Under the pieces are notes generated by a model. It did not search any database and was not told the origin of the DNA. It saw only the letters and a list, made by a program, of their open reading frames with translations. Shown here in pieces: positions 51,373 through 61,855 of a stretch of DNA of 64,000 bases. The DNA is taken from positions 840,242 to 904,241 of the forward strand of contig CAZALK010000001.1 of the NCBI GenBank assembly GCA_964486045.1, in the 5' to 3' direction. The stretch comes from an uncultured archaeon. GTDB lineage: Archaea; Asgardarchaeota; Lokiarchaeia; Sigyniarchaeales; SOKP01. Position 1 is the first letter of the stretch, and each line of letters starts with the position of its first letter. The translations under genes and the position numbers were made by a program.

Positions 51373-52305
51373 ATGTCAGAACCACCTCTTAGAGATACTT
51401 TTGGAACATTTTTAGTTGAAATAGGGAAAAAGAACAAAAAAATTGTAGTTTTAGATGCTGATTTATCAACTTCTACTCGAACATTTAAATTTGCTAATGC
51501 GTTCCCAGAAAGATTCTTTAATATGGGAATTGCAGAGCAAAACATGGTTGGAACTGCAATAGGTTTAGCAATATCTGGAAAAGTACCGGTTATTAGTGGT
51601 TTTTCCATATTTACAACTGGGAGAGCATGGGAATTTATAAGATTGGCATGTCATGATAAAATAAATTTAAAGATAATTACCACTCACAGTGGTTTCATTG
51701 GAGAAGATGGAAGCACGCACAATGCATTAGAAGATTTGAGCTTAATGGCAACATTACCAAATTTAACATTACTGATACCTTCAGATAATATTGAGCTTGT
51801 TCAAATTTTAAAATATGCATTCAATATTGTAGGTACATTTTATATCCGATTACCAAGAGGTTCTTTTCCTCAAATTCATAATAAAAATTATAAATTCTCT
51901 TTAGGAAGACCAGATATATTAAAAGAAGGGAAAGATATTTGCTTAATAGGTACTGGTTATGGAAGTATTTTAGCTATTCAATTAGTGCCTAAAATTGAGA
52001 AAAAATTAAATATTTCAATAAAAGTAATAAATCTTCCCTGTATAAAGCCTATAGACTCAGATGTTTTAGTAAAAGAAGCAAAAGATGCGAAGGGAATTGT
52101 GATTATGGAAGAACATAATTTATATTGTGGATTTGGTAGTATAATTGCGAGAATTTTTTCTGAAAAATCTCCTCTCCCAATGAGATTCATAGGGGTTAGA
52201 GATACCTTTGTTCAATCAGGAAAAAAAGATGTTTTATTAGATTCCTACGGGTTTAATGAGAAAACCCTCATAAACCAAGTTAAGAGTCTTTTAGATACAA
52301 GATGA
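51373..52305 (+). CDS. Transketolase, C-terminal subunit
   Basis: DADLSTST, GIAEQNMVG, GEDGSTH, EEH. Confidence 0.95.
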   Translation: MSEPPLRDTFGTFLVEIGKKNKKIVVLDADLSTSTRTFKFANAFPERFFNMGIAEQNMVGTAIGLAISGKVPVISGFSIFTTGRAWEFIRLACHDKINLKIITTHSGFIGEDGSTHNALEDLSLMATLPNLTLLIPSDNIELVQILKYAFNIVGTFYIRLPRGSFPQIHNKNYKFSLGRPDILKEGKDICLIGTGYGSILAIQLVPKIEKKLNISIKVINLPCIKPIDSDVLVKEAKDAKGIVIMEEHNLYCGFGSIIARIFSEKSPLPMRFIGVRDTFVQSGKKDVLLDSYGFNEKTLINQVKSLLDTR

Positions 52306-52399
52306 TCTTCTATTTTTATTTGTTTTAAAATATATTTTTAAGAAGATAGTCTATTGTAAATTATAGTGAGAAAAAAACAAATTCATAAAGGTTGTTATC

Positions 52400-54073
52400 A
52401 TGGATAGACAGAGAATTTTAAAAGAAGCACAAAAAATAGCTTCAAAATTTTCATTCTGGATGGTTTCGGGGAATATTGCTCATTTATATGGGCATGTTTA
52501 TGAAACACCAGAAAAGAAATTTGAATTAGAAATAAAATTTGACGAAAATTTTCCGAATAAACCTCCACAATTGATTTATCATAATGAGATTAAAGAACTG
52601 TTGGGGGATGTTCAATTAAATAAAATTTTAAATTGGACTTCCGATTCACTTATGGTCGATGTTATTCATGAACTTAAACTAAAGATTCAGGAAACTATAC
52701 ACCCTCAAAATCCAATAACAGAAGGAGATTTAAGTTCGGAAAAAAAAAGTAAAGAAATTGAAGACACTTTGGAAACAGAGGAATATCTTACCCCCGATCT
52801 GAATAACTACCCTCCAGATTATCAATCAGGAGAATATATCAATCCTTCAGCTTCTAATGGTGATATATTTTATACTGAACAGACGCCTACAATAACCTCA
52901 GAAAGAACTGAAGTATTTCAAGATGATAAATCTAAAATTGAATCAAACCAACCTTTTAACAAGCCTATATTTGATGAAGCTGACCAAATTAGCTTAGAAT
53001 TAACTACAGAGTTAGGATTAATTCAGCAAGAATATGCTTATGATCAAAAAAGTTCAAATGCGGGAGATATTGAAATTTATATTACAATTACTCTTTCAAA
53101 AACATTTATAATTTCAATAGATTTTACTAAATATCCTGAAAAACCAATAATTTTGTTGCCAGAGAAGGTTAAAAACATTATTGGAGATCCAAATATATCT
53201 TTAGAATCATTGAAAAGATGGAATCCAAAAAAACCCAAACACATTGTCGATATTCTGCACGAATTAGAGAAGAAGCTATTCTTTATTAAAGAAGTTGAAT
53301 CTCAATATAAAAAACTTTCAGGTGAATACCAGTGTGATGCGGTTTCTGATAGTTTAACATCTATAAAAGTCCACTTATTAACTTATGGATTCAAAGAATT
53401 TCTTTTAGAAGTAGATTTAGAGCCTTATCCTAAACCTCCAAATATAAAACTATCATCGGAGCTTCAACAAATCATTGATATCCCAATTACATTATTAGAC
53501 TCTTATAGAAATTGGAGAGAAAACGGGTCTGATGCTGTTGAAATCATGAGAGAAGTCTCTTGGTTGGTTGACAAAAATTCAAGAATTAATTTTGAAATAG
53601 ATTTATTAAAGGATCATTATAAAGATCTCAAATATGAATCATCAACAGCAACTTTACATATCGAAATGAAGGGGAAAATGAAAACTGAAGATCTCACTTT
53701 TGAGTTTCAAATAAAACTACCGAATGAATACCCCATGAAAATGCCTAAAATAGATGTAGTAAACGAGTTTGAGCTTGAAATCCACGAAAAAATTAAAAAT
53801 AATTTACATGCTTCATTTGATGATTTTTTTGAGGAATGGACGCCCTTCAGTTATCTTATTGATTTATTTAATTTGATTTCTAAGAAAATTTTTGAAGTGT
53901 CGGTTGTATCATGTGTCATTTGCCATAAAATTGAATGTCCTAGTTGTACAAATAAAATTGCTGGTGATGAGAATTGCCATGCAGAATGCCCCCATTGTAA
54001 TCGAGCATATCATCGCCATTGCTGGGAACAAACAATACAATCATTTGGTAAATGTGGTTTCTGTCTTAGATAG
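52400..54073 (+). CDS. Multi-UEV/RWD (E2-like fold) repeat protein with C-terminal RING-like zinc finger; putative E3 ligase
   Basis: Four ~95-aa repeats with [YF]PxxxP and downstream W..(V/I)D/E motifs, no HPN or catalytic Cys. Tail CVIC..CPSC..CPHC..HRHC..GKCGFC. Confidence 0.72.
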   Translation: MDRQRILKEAQKIASKFSFWMVSGNIAHLYGHVYETPEKKFELEIKFDENFPNKPPQLIYHNEIKELLGDVQLNKILNWTSDSLMVDVIHELKLKIQETIHPQNPITEGDLSSEKKSKEIEDTLETEEYLTPDLNNYPPDYQSGEYINPSASNGDIFYTEQTPTITSERTEVFQDDKSKIESNQPFNKPIFDEADQISLELTTELGLIQQEYAYDQKSSNAGDIEIYITITLSKTFIISIDFTKYPEKPIILLPEKVKNIIGDPNISLESLKRWNPKKPKHIVDILHELEKKLFFIKEVESQYKKLSGEYQCDAVSDSLTSIKVHLLTYGFKEFLLEVDLEPYPKPPNIKLSSELQQIIDIPITLLDSYRNWRENGSDAVEIMREVSWLVDKNSRINFEIDLLKDHYKDLKYESSTATLHIEMKGKMKTEDLTFEFQIKLPNEYPMKMPKIDVVNEFELEIHEKIKNNLHASFDDFFEEWTPFSYLIDLFNLISKKIFEVSVVSCVICHKIECPSCTNKIAGDENCHAECPHCNRAYHRHCWEQTIQSFGKCGFCLR

Positions 54074-54227
54074 ACTCTATTACTTATCCCCAATGGAATT
54101 AAAAATTTTTCTCTTACTGTATTTTATTTGGTGCTTAATTGAACAATTCTTTCTACTCTGTATATAAAGTATACAATAAATTTTTTAGTTTAGACTTCTT
54201 TTAAATATCATTCACATTTTAATTTAG

Positions 54228-57200
54228 ATGATTCTCGTGGAAGTATTGGAAAAGAAGCTGAATCTAAAAGAATTGGAAGAAAAAATTATAGAATTTTGGA
54301 AAGAACAAGATATATATTCAGCAATACGTAAAAAAGAAGAGGGAAAGAAAATATGGCGATTTATTGATGGACCACCCTATACTACTGGTTCGATTCATCT
54401 TGGTACAGCCTGGAATAAAATTCTAAAAGACTATTTAATTAAGTATAAACGGATGCGGGGTTTTAAAGTCACAGATACACCTGGATACGATACCCATGGA
54501 TTACCTATAGAGGTTCAGATGGAAAAAGAACTTGGTTTTAAGAATAAACAAGACATTCAAGATTATGGTATTGATAAATTCATAGAGAAATGCAAGGATT
54601 ATGCTAATAAAAATATTAGAATTATGAATGAACAGTTTAAACGTTTAGGATGTTATTTTTGGGACTGGGATAATCCATACATTACGTATAAAAATAGCTA
54701 CATTGAAGGGATTTGGTGGACGTTAAAAAAGGCATGGGAAAATGGTTTACTTTATCAATTTTTTAGACCTTTAAATGTCTGTCCGAGGTGCGCTACAGCG
54801 CTTGCAAAGCATGAGCATGAATATAAAAACATAATGGATGTAAGTCTATTCCTTAAAATAAAATCTGTTGATATGAAGGATACATATTTCATAATCTGGA
54901 CAACTACACCTTGGACTTTGGTTGCGAATGAGGCTATAATGGCAAATCCCGTTGCAGAATATGCAAAAGTTAAGATAGAAGATTTAAATGAGTACTGGAT
55001 TCTCTCTAAGGCTTCAATAGTATATTTACTTTCAGGAGAATTAGGATATAAATATACAATCGTAGAAGATTTTCTTGGCGAAGACTTAAAGGGTAAAAAA
55101 TATGTTCACCCTTTATTAGATGAAGTTCCTTATCAGAAAGAGTTAGGAAAACAAAGTGAAACGGTTCATACTATAATTCTATCTGAGGAGTATGTTTCTG
55201 CCTCAGAAGGTGTTGGTTTAGTTCATACTGCACCCGGTCATGGGCCTGAAGACTTTGAAGTAGGAGTAGCAAATAATCTTCCTGTTTTTACACCAGTAGA
55301 TAAAAGAGGTATCTATACGAAAGAAGCAGGAATATATGAAGGTAAGTTTGTTTTCGATGCTAACGAAGAAATTCTAGAAAATTTACGAAGTAAAGGAACT
55401 CTAATATTTACTAGCGAAGTAGAGCATGAGTACGCTCACTGTTGGAGATGTGATTCTAAATTAGTCTACTTAGCTACTAATCAATGGTTTTTTAATACAG
55501 AAAGTCTAGTTCCTGATTTACTTGAAAAAAATAGTGAAATTTATTGGGTTCCAGATTGGGCAGGGAATAGATGGTTCAAAAGTTGGTTGACCAGTTTAAA
55601 AGATTGGTGTATCTCTCGACAGCGTTTTTGGGGTGTTCCATTAAGTGTTTGGATATGTGATAACGAAGATTGTAAAGATATTACTGTTATTGGTTCTAGA
55701 ATAGAATTAATGGAAATAGCGGGGAGATGCCCTGAAGATCTGCATAGACCTTGGATAGATGAGGTTACTTGGAAATGTAAAAAATGTAATCATGGAATTA
55801 AAAAGAGAATTCCTGATATTTTAGATGTGTGGTTAGATTCTGGTTCTGTAATTTGGTCAGCTCAAGAATTTTACGGTGGAGAATCTGAGAATTTTGATTC
55901 ATGGGTTTCGGCAGATTTTATCCTAGAAGGAAAAGATCAGATCAGAGGTTGGTTTAACAGCTTATTATGTAGTGCTATGGTGTCGTCTAAACGTAAAAAT
56001 TATAATGCTTGTTATATGCATGGTTGGACGTTAAGAAATAAGGTAAAAATGAGTAAATCAAAAGGTACCCAAATTTTCCCTGAGGATCTAATTGAAGGTA
56101 CTCTTGATGATTTACAAAAGAAAAAGTCATATTCTAATATTAAAGGAATTGAAACTTTTCGTTACTATTCAATAGGAGTAACACAACCTGGTCGTGATTT
56201 TAATTTTAATACAAAGGAATATGCTGATACATATAAAATAATCAATACAATTTGGAATGTTTATGTTTATACGAGTGAGAAATTGAATTTAGCACGATTT
56301 GATAGATCAAAAATAAAGTTGGATGAGGAAAATTTAAGTCTATTGGATAAGTGGTTGATTTCAAGATTAAACTCCACAATTAAAAGAGTAACTGAATTAT
56401 CAGACAGTTACAAACTCCCTTGGATTACAGGAGTATTAAAAGAATTTATTATCAATGATATTAGCAGATGGTATATAATGTTAAACCGAGAGAAGTTAGA
56501 CATTTATTCTGATGATCCGAAAAAATATACGATAATGACTGTTTTACATGATGTCCTATTGAAAGTTCTAATTCTTTTAGCACCAATTAATCCAATGTTA
56601 ACAGAAGAAATATACTTGAGGATTTTCAAATCAAATATGAAATCAATGGATTTAGAAGAAACTAATAGTATTCATTTACAGAATTGGCTTATAGTTGATG
56701 AAGCTAAAATAAATTTGGAACTAGAAAGTGAGATGCTATTCACTAAGGAATTAATAGAGCATATCCGAGCGTTAAAAGAGGAAAATAAAATAAGAATGCG
56801 ATGGCCCAATAAACAAATAATAATCGAACCAAAAGAGGGAATGCCCAAATTAAATTTCCCCGATTTAGTTAAAAAGGTTGGAAATGTTAAAAAACTAGAA
56901 ATTAAAGAATCTATAACACTAAATGATAACTTAGCTATGGCAGAATCAAAGTTTTGCAACATATATTTAGATACTAGTCTTGATGATGACTTAATATCTG
57001 AGAGAGTAATTAATGATCTAATTCGAAACATTCAATTTTCACGAAAAAAAAATAGGTTTAAGGTGGGAGAAGAAATCAATTTAACACTTGGAACAAACAC
57101 TGAATATCTAAAAAAATTTATGGATAATAGTAGAGAGCTAATCTCAGAAAAAGTATCAGCTAAAAACCTGGATGTAAAAATTGGGGATTTAGTAATAGAA

Positions 57201-57377
57201 GGTGAGGTAGGGAATGGTACAATAAATATTTGCCCAAATAATGGTTGTTCAGCTTCATTAAAAGACAATATAATCTCAAAATTAAGCAAACAAAATGAGA
57301 TTACATGTCCCTACTGCAAAATTACTTTAGAAGAAAATAAAATTAAAACTATTACATTTAGTTTTGTTAAGGTTTAA
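54228..57377 (+). CDS. ileS: Isoleucine--tRNA ligase (archaeal/eukaryotic type)
   Basis: DGPPY..HLGT, GYDTHGLPIE, WTTTPWTL, WCISRQRFWG, EGKDQIRGWF, KMSKS. Confidence 0.97.
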   Translation: MILVEVLEKKLNLKELEEKIIEFWKEQDIYSAIRKKEEGKKIWRFIDGPPYTTGSIHLGTAWNKILKDYLIKYKRMRGFKVTDTPGYDTHGLPIEVQMEKELGFKNKQDIQDYGIDKFIEKCKDYANKNIRIMNEQFKRLGCYFWDWDNPYITYKNSYIEGIWWTLKKAWENGLLYQFFRPLNVCPRCATALAKHEHEYKNIMDVSLFLKIKSVDMKDTYFIIWTTTPWTLVANEAIMANPVAEYAKVKIEDLNEYWILSKASIVYLLSGELGYKYTIVEDFLGEDLKGKKYVHPLLDEVPYQKELGKQSETVHTIILSEEYVSASEGVGLVHTAPGHGPEDFEVGVANNLPVFTPVDKRGIYTKEAGIYEGKFVFDANEEILENLRSKGTLIFTSEVEHEYAHCWRCDSKLVYLATNQWFFNTESLVPDLLEKNSEIYWVPDWAGNRWFKSWLTSLKDWCISRQRFWGVPLSVWICDNEDCKDITVIGSRIELMEIAGRCPEDLHRPWIDEVTWKCKKCNHGIKKRIPDILDVWLDSGSVIWSAQEFYGGESENFDSWVSADFILEGKDQIRGWFNSLLCSAMVSSKRKNYNACYMHGWTLRNKVKMSKSKGTQIFPEDLIEGTLDDLQKKKSYSNIKGIETFRYYSIGVTQPGRDFNFNTKEYADTYKIINTIWNVYVYTSEKLNLARFDRSKIKLDEENLSLLDKWLISRLNSTIKRVTELSDSYKLPWITGVLKEFIINDISRWYIMLNREKLDIYSDDPKKYTIMTVLHDVLLKVLILLAPINPMLTEEIYLRIFKSNMKSMDLEETNSIHLQNWLIVDEAKINLELESEMLFTKELIEHIRALKEENKIRMRWPNKQIIIEPKEGMPKLNFPDLVKKVGNVKKLEIKESITLNDNLAMAESKFCNIYLDTSLDDDLISERVINDLIRNIQFSRKKNRFKVGEEINLTLGTNTEYLKKFMDNSRELISEKVSAKNLDVKIGDLVIEGEVGNGTINICPNNGCSASLKDNIISKLSKQNEITCPYCKITLEENKIKTITFSFVKV

Positions 57378-57450
57378 TTATGGAATCATACTATTTTTTT
57401 GATACTATTATACTATTCTTCAATGTTTTCTTACTGGGTTCTTCACATTG

Positions 57451-58497
57451 TTAATTCTTTGATTCTTTATTGTAGTAGGTTCTCCAATAATTAAACATCT
57501 CTTTCAATGTTGTTTCTATTGGTATAATTGGTTGCCATCCTAACTCATTTTTAATCTTTGAGTTGTCACCTGTAATTACGTCTTCATCTGTTTTTCTTAA
57601 TTTATGTTGAACATTTTCTTCAATCCTAATTTTTTTTGTAGAGAAGCTTAAGCAAATATCTAGAAGTCTCTGAATCTGAATTTTTTTGTTGGAACATACA
57701 TTATAGGACTCTCCAGGTTTCCCTTTTGTAGCAGCTAACCATATTGCATTAAGAGTATCTTTAATATCTGTAAAATCACGATAAGGATTTAAGTTTCCAA
57801 CTTGAATCACAGGATCTTTCAAACCTAATTCGATTTGAGCAACTTTCCTTACGAAATCTGATGGTGCATCGTTGATTCTTCGAATACCTGTTTGATTAAA
57901 AAATCGAAGATTAACAATTTCAATCCCAAAATTAATATAATATTGACGAGCTAATAGTTCAGCAGCAACTTTACTAATACCATAAGGATGTAACGCCAAT
58001 AATAAATCTGTTTCTTTTAAAGATTTATTATTCTGAGCACTACTACCATATTCAGTGCTCGTACAAGCTAAAATGACTCTCGTTTCTATATTATATTTTT
58101 TTATAGACTCAAAAATATTTATTGTACCAATTACATTCGTTTCAATTGTATCAACGGGTTCTTCCCAGGAAGGTATTATGTAAGGTTGGGCTGCCAAATG
58201 AAATATAAATTTGGGCTTTATTTCATTTATTATTTTCTCTACTAAAGGAGAATTTTTTACATCGCATTCAAGAATAATTAAGTTTTTAATAGCTGTGGGT
58301 ATTTTAATTGATTCTCCTAAGTAATCTTGCTTTTCTTCTTCGGAGAATGATAACTTTCCATTTGTATAGTGAGATAGGTTTTTATATAATTGATTGGGCC
58401 TTTCAATGGCACATATTACATAATCTTTTGGAGTACAATAATCAATTAAATGTGATCCTATAAATCCATTGGCTCCTGTAATAAGTATATTTTCCAT
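57451..58497 (-). CDS. GDP-sugar 4,6-dehydratase/reductase-like SDR (Gmd/Rmd family)
   Basis: GANGFIG, TSTEYG, PYGISK, VGNLNPYRDFTD. Confidence 0.85.
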   Translation of the reverse strand: MENILITGANGFIGSHLIDYCTPKDYVICAIERPNQLYKNLSHYTNGKLSFSEEEKQDYLGESIKIPTAIKNLIILECDVKNSPLVEKIINEIKPKFIFHLAAQPYIIPSWEEPVDTIETNVIGTINIFESIKKYNIETRVILACTSTEYGSSAQNNKSLKETDLLLALHPYGISKVAAELLARQYYINFGIEIVNLRFFNQTGIRRINDAPSDFVRKVAQIELGLKDPVIQVGNLNPYRDFTDIKDTLNAIWLAATKGKPGESYNVCSNKKIQIQRLLDICLSFSTKKIRIEENVQHKLRKTDEDVITGDNSKIKNELGWQPIIPIETTLKEMFNYWRTYYNKESKN

Positions 58498-58527
58498 TTT
58501 GATTCAAATAAGTTAATTTTATTGTAA

Positions 58528-59661
58528 TTACTTCAACAAACCTTTTTCTATTAATTTTTCAAGTGCTTCCTCTGTTTTATCTTGAATTTTATTCTCTTGT
58601 TTATTTATCCAATGTATATATTCTTCAATGCCTTGATCGAAAGAGATTTTTGGTTCATATCCTAACTTCTCTTTAATTTTTGAAATATCTGCTACACAAT
58701 GTCTTATATCACCTACTCGATATTGTTGATTATAGATTGGTGTCAACTTTGGATTTATTTTCTCTGTAAACTTTTCCGCAACTTTTTTAATTGTGAGAGG
58801 AATTCCTGTGCCAACATTAAAAATTTCACCCTTTGCTACTGGACTTTCCATGGCAAGCAATAAAGCTTGGCACACATCCTTTACATTCACAAAATCTCTA
58901 GATTGCAATCCATCTTCAAAAACAATTGGAGATTTCCCATTTAATAACCTCGCACAAAAAATTGCAAAGACACCTGTATAGGGATTTGAAAGTGCTTGTC
59001 TTGGTCCGTAAACTAAAAAAAATCTCAAAATTGTTATATCAATGCCGTAGGTATTACTAATCATCAAACCCATTTCTTCTTGAGCTCTTTTTGACAATGC
59101 GTAAATAGAACTTGGATTACAGAGTGTTTTTTCATCGGTTAAAAGGGATTTGAGCCTACTACCACATTTTGGACATTGTAATTTCCAACATTTATTTTTT
59201 AATTGATTTGTTACTCTTAGTTTAGGAATGATAATACCACATTTTGCACAGGACGCTTTTCCTTCTCCATATACTGTGTTAGAGGAAGAAATGACGACTT
59301 TTTTTACATTATGTTCTGAATTAACTAGGATATTTAATAAATTTGCTGTTCCTAGAATATTAACATCGGTATAATCAGTAATTTGATACATTGACTGTCC
59401 CACTCCCACTTTTGCTGCTAAATGAAAAATGGTATCATTATTTTTTACCACTTCTTCAAATTCTTCATAATTATTTACCGTACCACGGACAAACTTGACA
59501 CTCTTATTTAAATACTCTGGAGGCTTATCTATTTTCCCGTGAACTTGTTGATCCAAACAATCTAAAACCGTTATTTCAGAATTAGAACTCTCAACTAGGA
59601 AATCAGCTAAATGTGATCCAATAAAACCAGCACCACCAGTAATTAAGATTTTTTTTGACAT
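58528..59661 (-). CDS. NAD-dependent epimerase/dehydratase with CxxC..CxxC insertion
   Basis: TGGAGFIGSH, VGVGQSMY, YALSK, GPRQALSNPYTGV, EDGLQSRDFV. Confidence 0.9.
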   Translation of the reverse strand: MSKKILITGGAGFIGSHLADFLVESSNSEITVLDCLDQQVHGKIDKPPEYLNKSVKFVRGTVNNYEEFEEVVKNNDTIFHLAAKVGVGQSMYQITDYTDVNILGTANLLNILVNSEHNVKKVVISSSNTVYGEGKASCAKCGIIIPKLRVTNQLKNKCWKLQCPKCGSRLKSLLTDEKTLCNPSSIYALSKRAQEEMGLMISNTYGIDITILRFFLVYGPRQALSNPYTGVFAIFCARLLNGKSPIVFEDGLQSRDFVNVKDVCQALLLAMESPVAKGEIFNVGTGIPLTIKKVAEKFTEKINPKLTPIYNQQYRVGDIRHCVADISKIKEKLGYEPKISFDQGIEEYIHWINKQENKIQDKTEEALEKLIEKGLLK

Positions 59662-59916
59662 AGAATCCTATAATTCAGAGATTTTGATATTTACATAGTG
59701 TATAAGATTTTATTTAAAATAAGGAATTTGATAATTTTTTCAGTGTTTTGGTCATTTATAAATTCTGGAAGATGTATATATTGCGAATCTAAGATAAATA
59801 CAAAAATAATATTAAAATCAGCTTATTCACAAGTATATGAAAAAACTTAATTTTCTCGTTTTACATAATTTATTTATTAGGTTTGATATAATCACTGCTA
59901 TTAATAATGAGATATC

Positions 59917-61086
59917 TTGTCATCTATGAATTTACTTCTAACGTTCTCTTTAAATATTTCTTTAAAAATCTGGGATGAAATAGGTATTTTGGATAGAGAA
60001 ATCCAATTATACAAACGACTATCTGAAGAGGGCTTTGATGTTACTTTTTTAACATACGGGACTAAATCTGATTTTGGCTACTCCAATTTACTAGACAAAA
60101 TAAAAGTTATTCCGATTAAATTTCTTCTTAAACGAAAGAAAATGAATTTCTTTAGAATTCTGTTCTTCCCAATTCAAAACTATAATCTATTTAAAAATAG
60201 TAAAATAATAAAAACCAATCAAATGCATGGTAGTTGGATAACTTGGATTCTAAAAATTCTTTTCCGGAAGAAATTAATAATAAGATGCGGTTATGAATTA
60301 TATAAAAGCACTTTACATGAACATAAGAATCTGAAAACACATAGAATTACAAAATTAAGGTTAGCTTTTCTCTATTTAATTGAATTTATTTCTTATAAAA
60401 TTGCAGACCACATTATTATGACTAATGATTTTGAAAAAAATTTCATAATACAGCATTTTAAAATTAATCCAACAAAAATCAAAGTTATTCCTAATTTTAT
60501 CAACATTGACATTTTTCGTCCACTTAATATAAAGAAAAAGAGGAAATCCGTTTTATTTATTGGAAGATTAAATGAATATAAAAATTTAGATAACTTAATC
60601 GAAGCTTTTACTCATTTAAAAAGTTATTCTCTAGATATTGTGGGAATAGGAGAATTAAAGAAGAAATTAACTGAAAAAGTAAAAAAATTGAATTTACAAT
60701 CAAGAATAAAATTTCTGGGAACTCTACCTAATAAAAAACTTCCAGAACTTATAAATAAACATGAAATATTCATCCTCGTTTCAAATATGGAAGGCAATCC
60801 AAAAGTATTATTAGAAGCTATGAGTTGTGGAATTGCCTGTATCGGTAGTGATATTCCTGGAATAAATCAAATTATCAATCATAAGAGAAACGGATATTTA
60901 TGCGGCTTGGATAGCAAATCCATCGCCGAGGGAATAAAAAATGTTAATGAGAATGACGAATTTATGAAAGATTTGGGAAAAAATGCACGAAACGACATAA
61001 TTCACTATTACGACTTACAAAAAATACTGAAGCAAGAAGTTGATATTTATAAAACCTTACTAAAAAAGAATAAAGGAACTAAATGA
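59917..61086 (+). CDS. GT4 glycosyltransferase
   Basis: EGNPKVLLEAMSCG..GSDIPGI. Confidence 0.92.
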   Translation: MSSMNLLLTFSLNISLKIWDEIGILDREIQLYKRLSEEGFDVTFLTYGTKSDFGYSNLLDKIKVIPIKFLLKRKKMNFFRILFFPIQNYNLFKNSKIIKTNQMHGSWITWILKILFRKKLIIRCGYELYKSTLHEHKNLKTHRITKLRLAFLYLIEFISYKIADHIIMTNDFEKNFIIQHFKINPTKIKVIPNFINIDIFRPLNIKKKRKSVLFIGRLNEYKNLDNLIEAFTHLKSYSLDIVGIGELKKKLTEKVKKLNLQSRIKFLGTLPNKKLPELINKHEIFILVSNMEGNPKVLLEAMSCGIACIGSDIPGINQIINHKRNGYLCGLDSKSIAEGIKNVNENDEFMKDLGKNARNDIIHYYDLQKILKQEVDIYKTLLKKNKGTK

Positions 61087-61090
61087 TAGG

Positions 61091-61855
61091 TTATCTTTTA
61101 TATGCACATCCTATCATAGACGCCCCATTGGGGAAGCTTCGAAATAGGAAATAATCTAATAACATTAACTTTTGTCCAATCTTCCTTAAAAAACCTCGAA
61201 AAAAAGTTGAACATATAAATGAGAAGAAATGAGCTCTAAACCTAAAACCGATTCGTTCAAATCCTGCTTTCTTTAATTTTGATTTTACTTCATTAGATTT
61301 TAATCGTCTAATATGGGTAGGATCTTCCAACTTCCATCTTCTAAAACCCTCATTAGTTTTCTCAATTTGGTTTGAAATTTTGTAATATAAGTATTCAATA
61401 GAAAAAGAATTCGCACACGGTGTAGTCCAAATAAAGATCCCCCTTTTCTTAAGGATGCGATGAACATCATATAAATATGCATTTAAATCACTAACATGCT
61501 CCATAACTTCAATACTCACTACAATGTCAAATTTCATATCTTGAAAAGAGGTTTTATTTTCTTTAACTTCCACACTTTTGTCTTTAAATTCGGGATATTT
61601 CTTTGTAAGCTTTTCTATTGCATTATAACTAAGGTCACAAAAATACAGATCTGAAGTAGGAAAAATTTCTTTCCATAAGTCAATAAATAACCCACTCCCA
61701 CAACCATAATCTAAAATAACTGCTTTTTTTTTAATTTTTAAGGTTTTTAATATAAAATGCTTTAATGCCACTCCTCGAGCGTAATCATAACTAATTATTT
61801 CCTCCCTATATCCTTCATTGTATCGATTATTATATAGATTTCTTAATTCTGACAT
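61091..61855 (-). CDS. Class I SAM-dependent methyltransferase
   Basis: LDYGCGSG, FDIVVSIEVMEHV, TTP. Confidence 0.9.
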   Translation of the reverse strand: MSELRNLYNNRYNEGYREEIISYDYARGVALKHFILKTLKIKKKAVILDYGCGSGLFIDLWKEIFPTSDLYFCDLSYNAIEKLTKKYPEFKDKSVEVKENKTSFQDMKFDIVVSIEVMEHVSDLNAYLYDVHRILKKRGIFIWTTPCANSFSIEYLYYKISNQIEKTNEGFRRWKLEDPTHIRRLKSNEVKSKLKKAGFERIGFRFRAHFFSFICSTFFRGFLRKIGQKLMLLDYFLFRSFPNGASMIGCAYKR

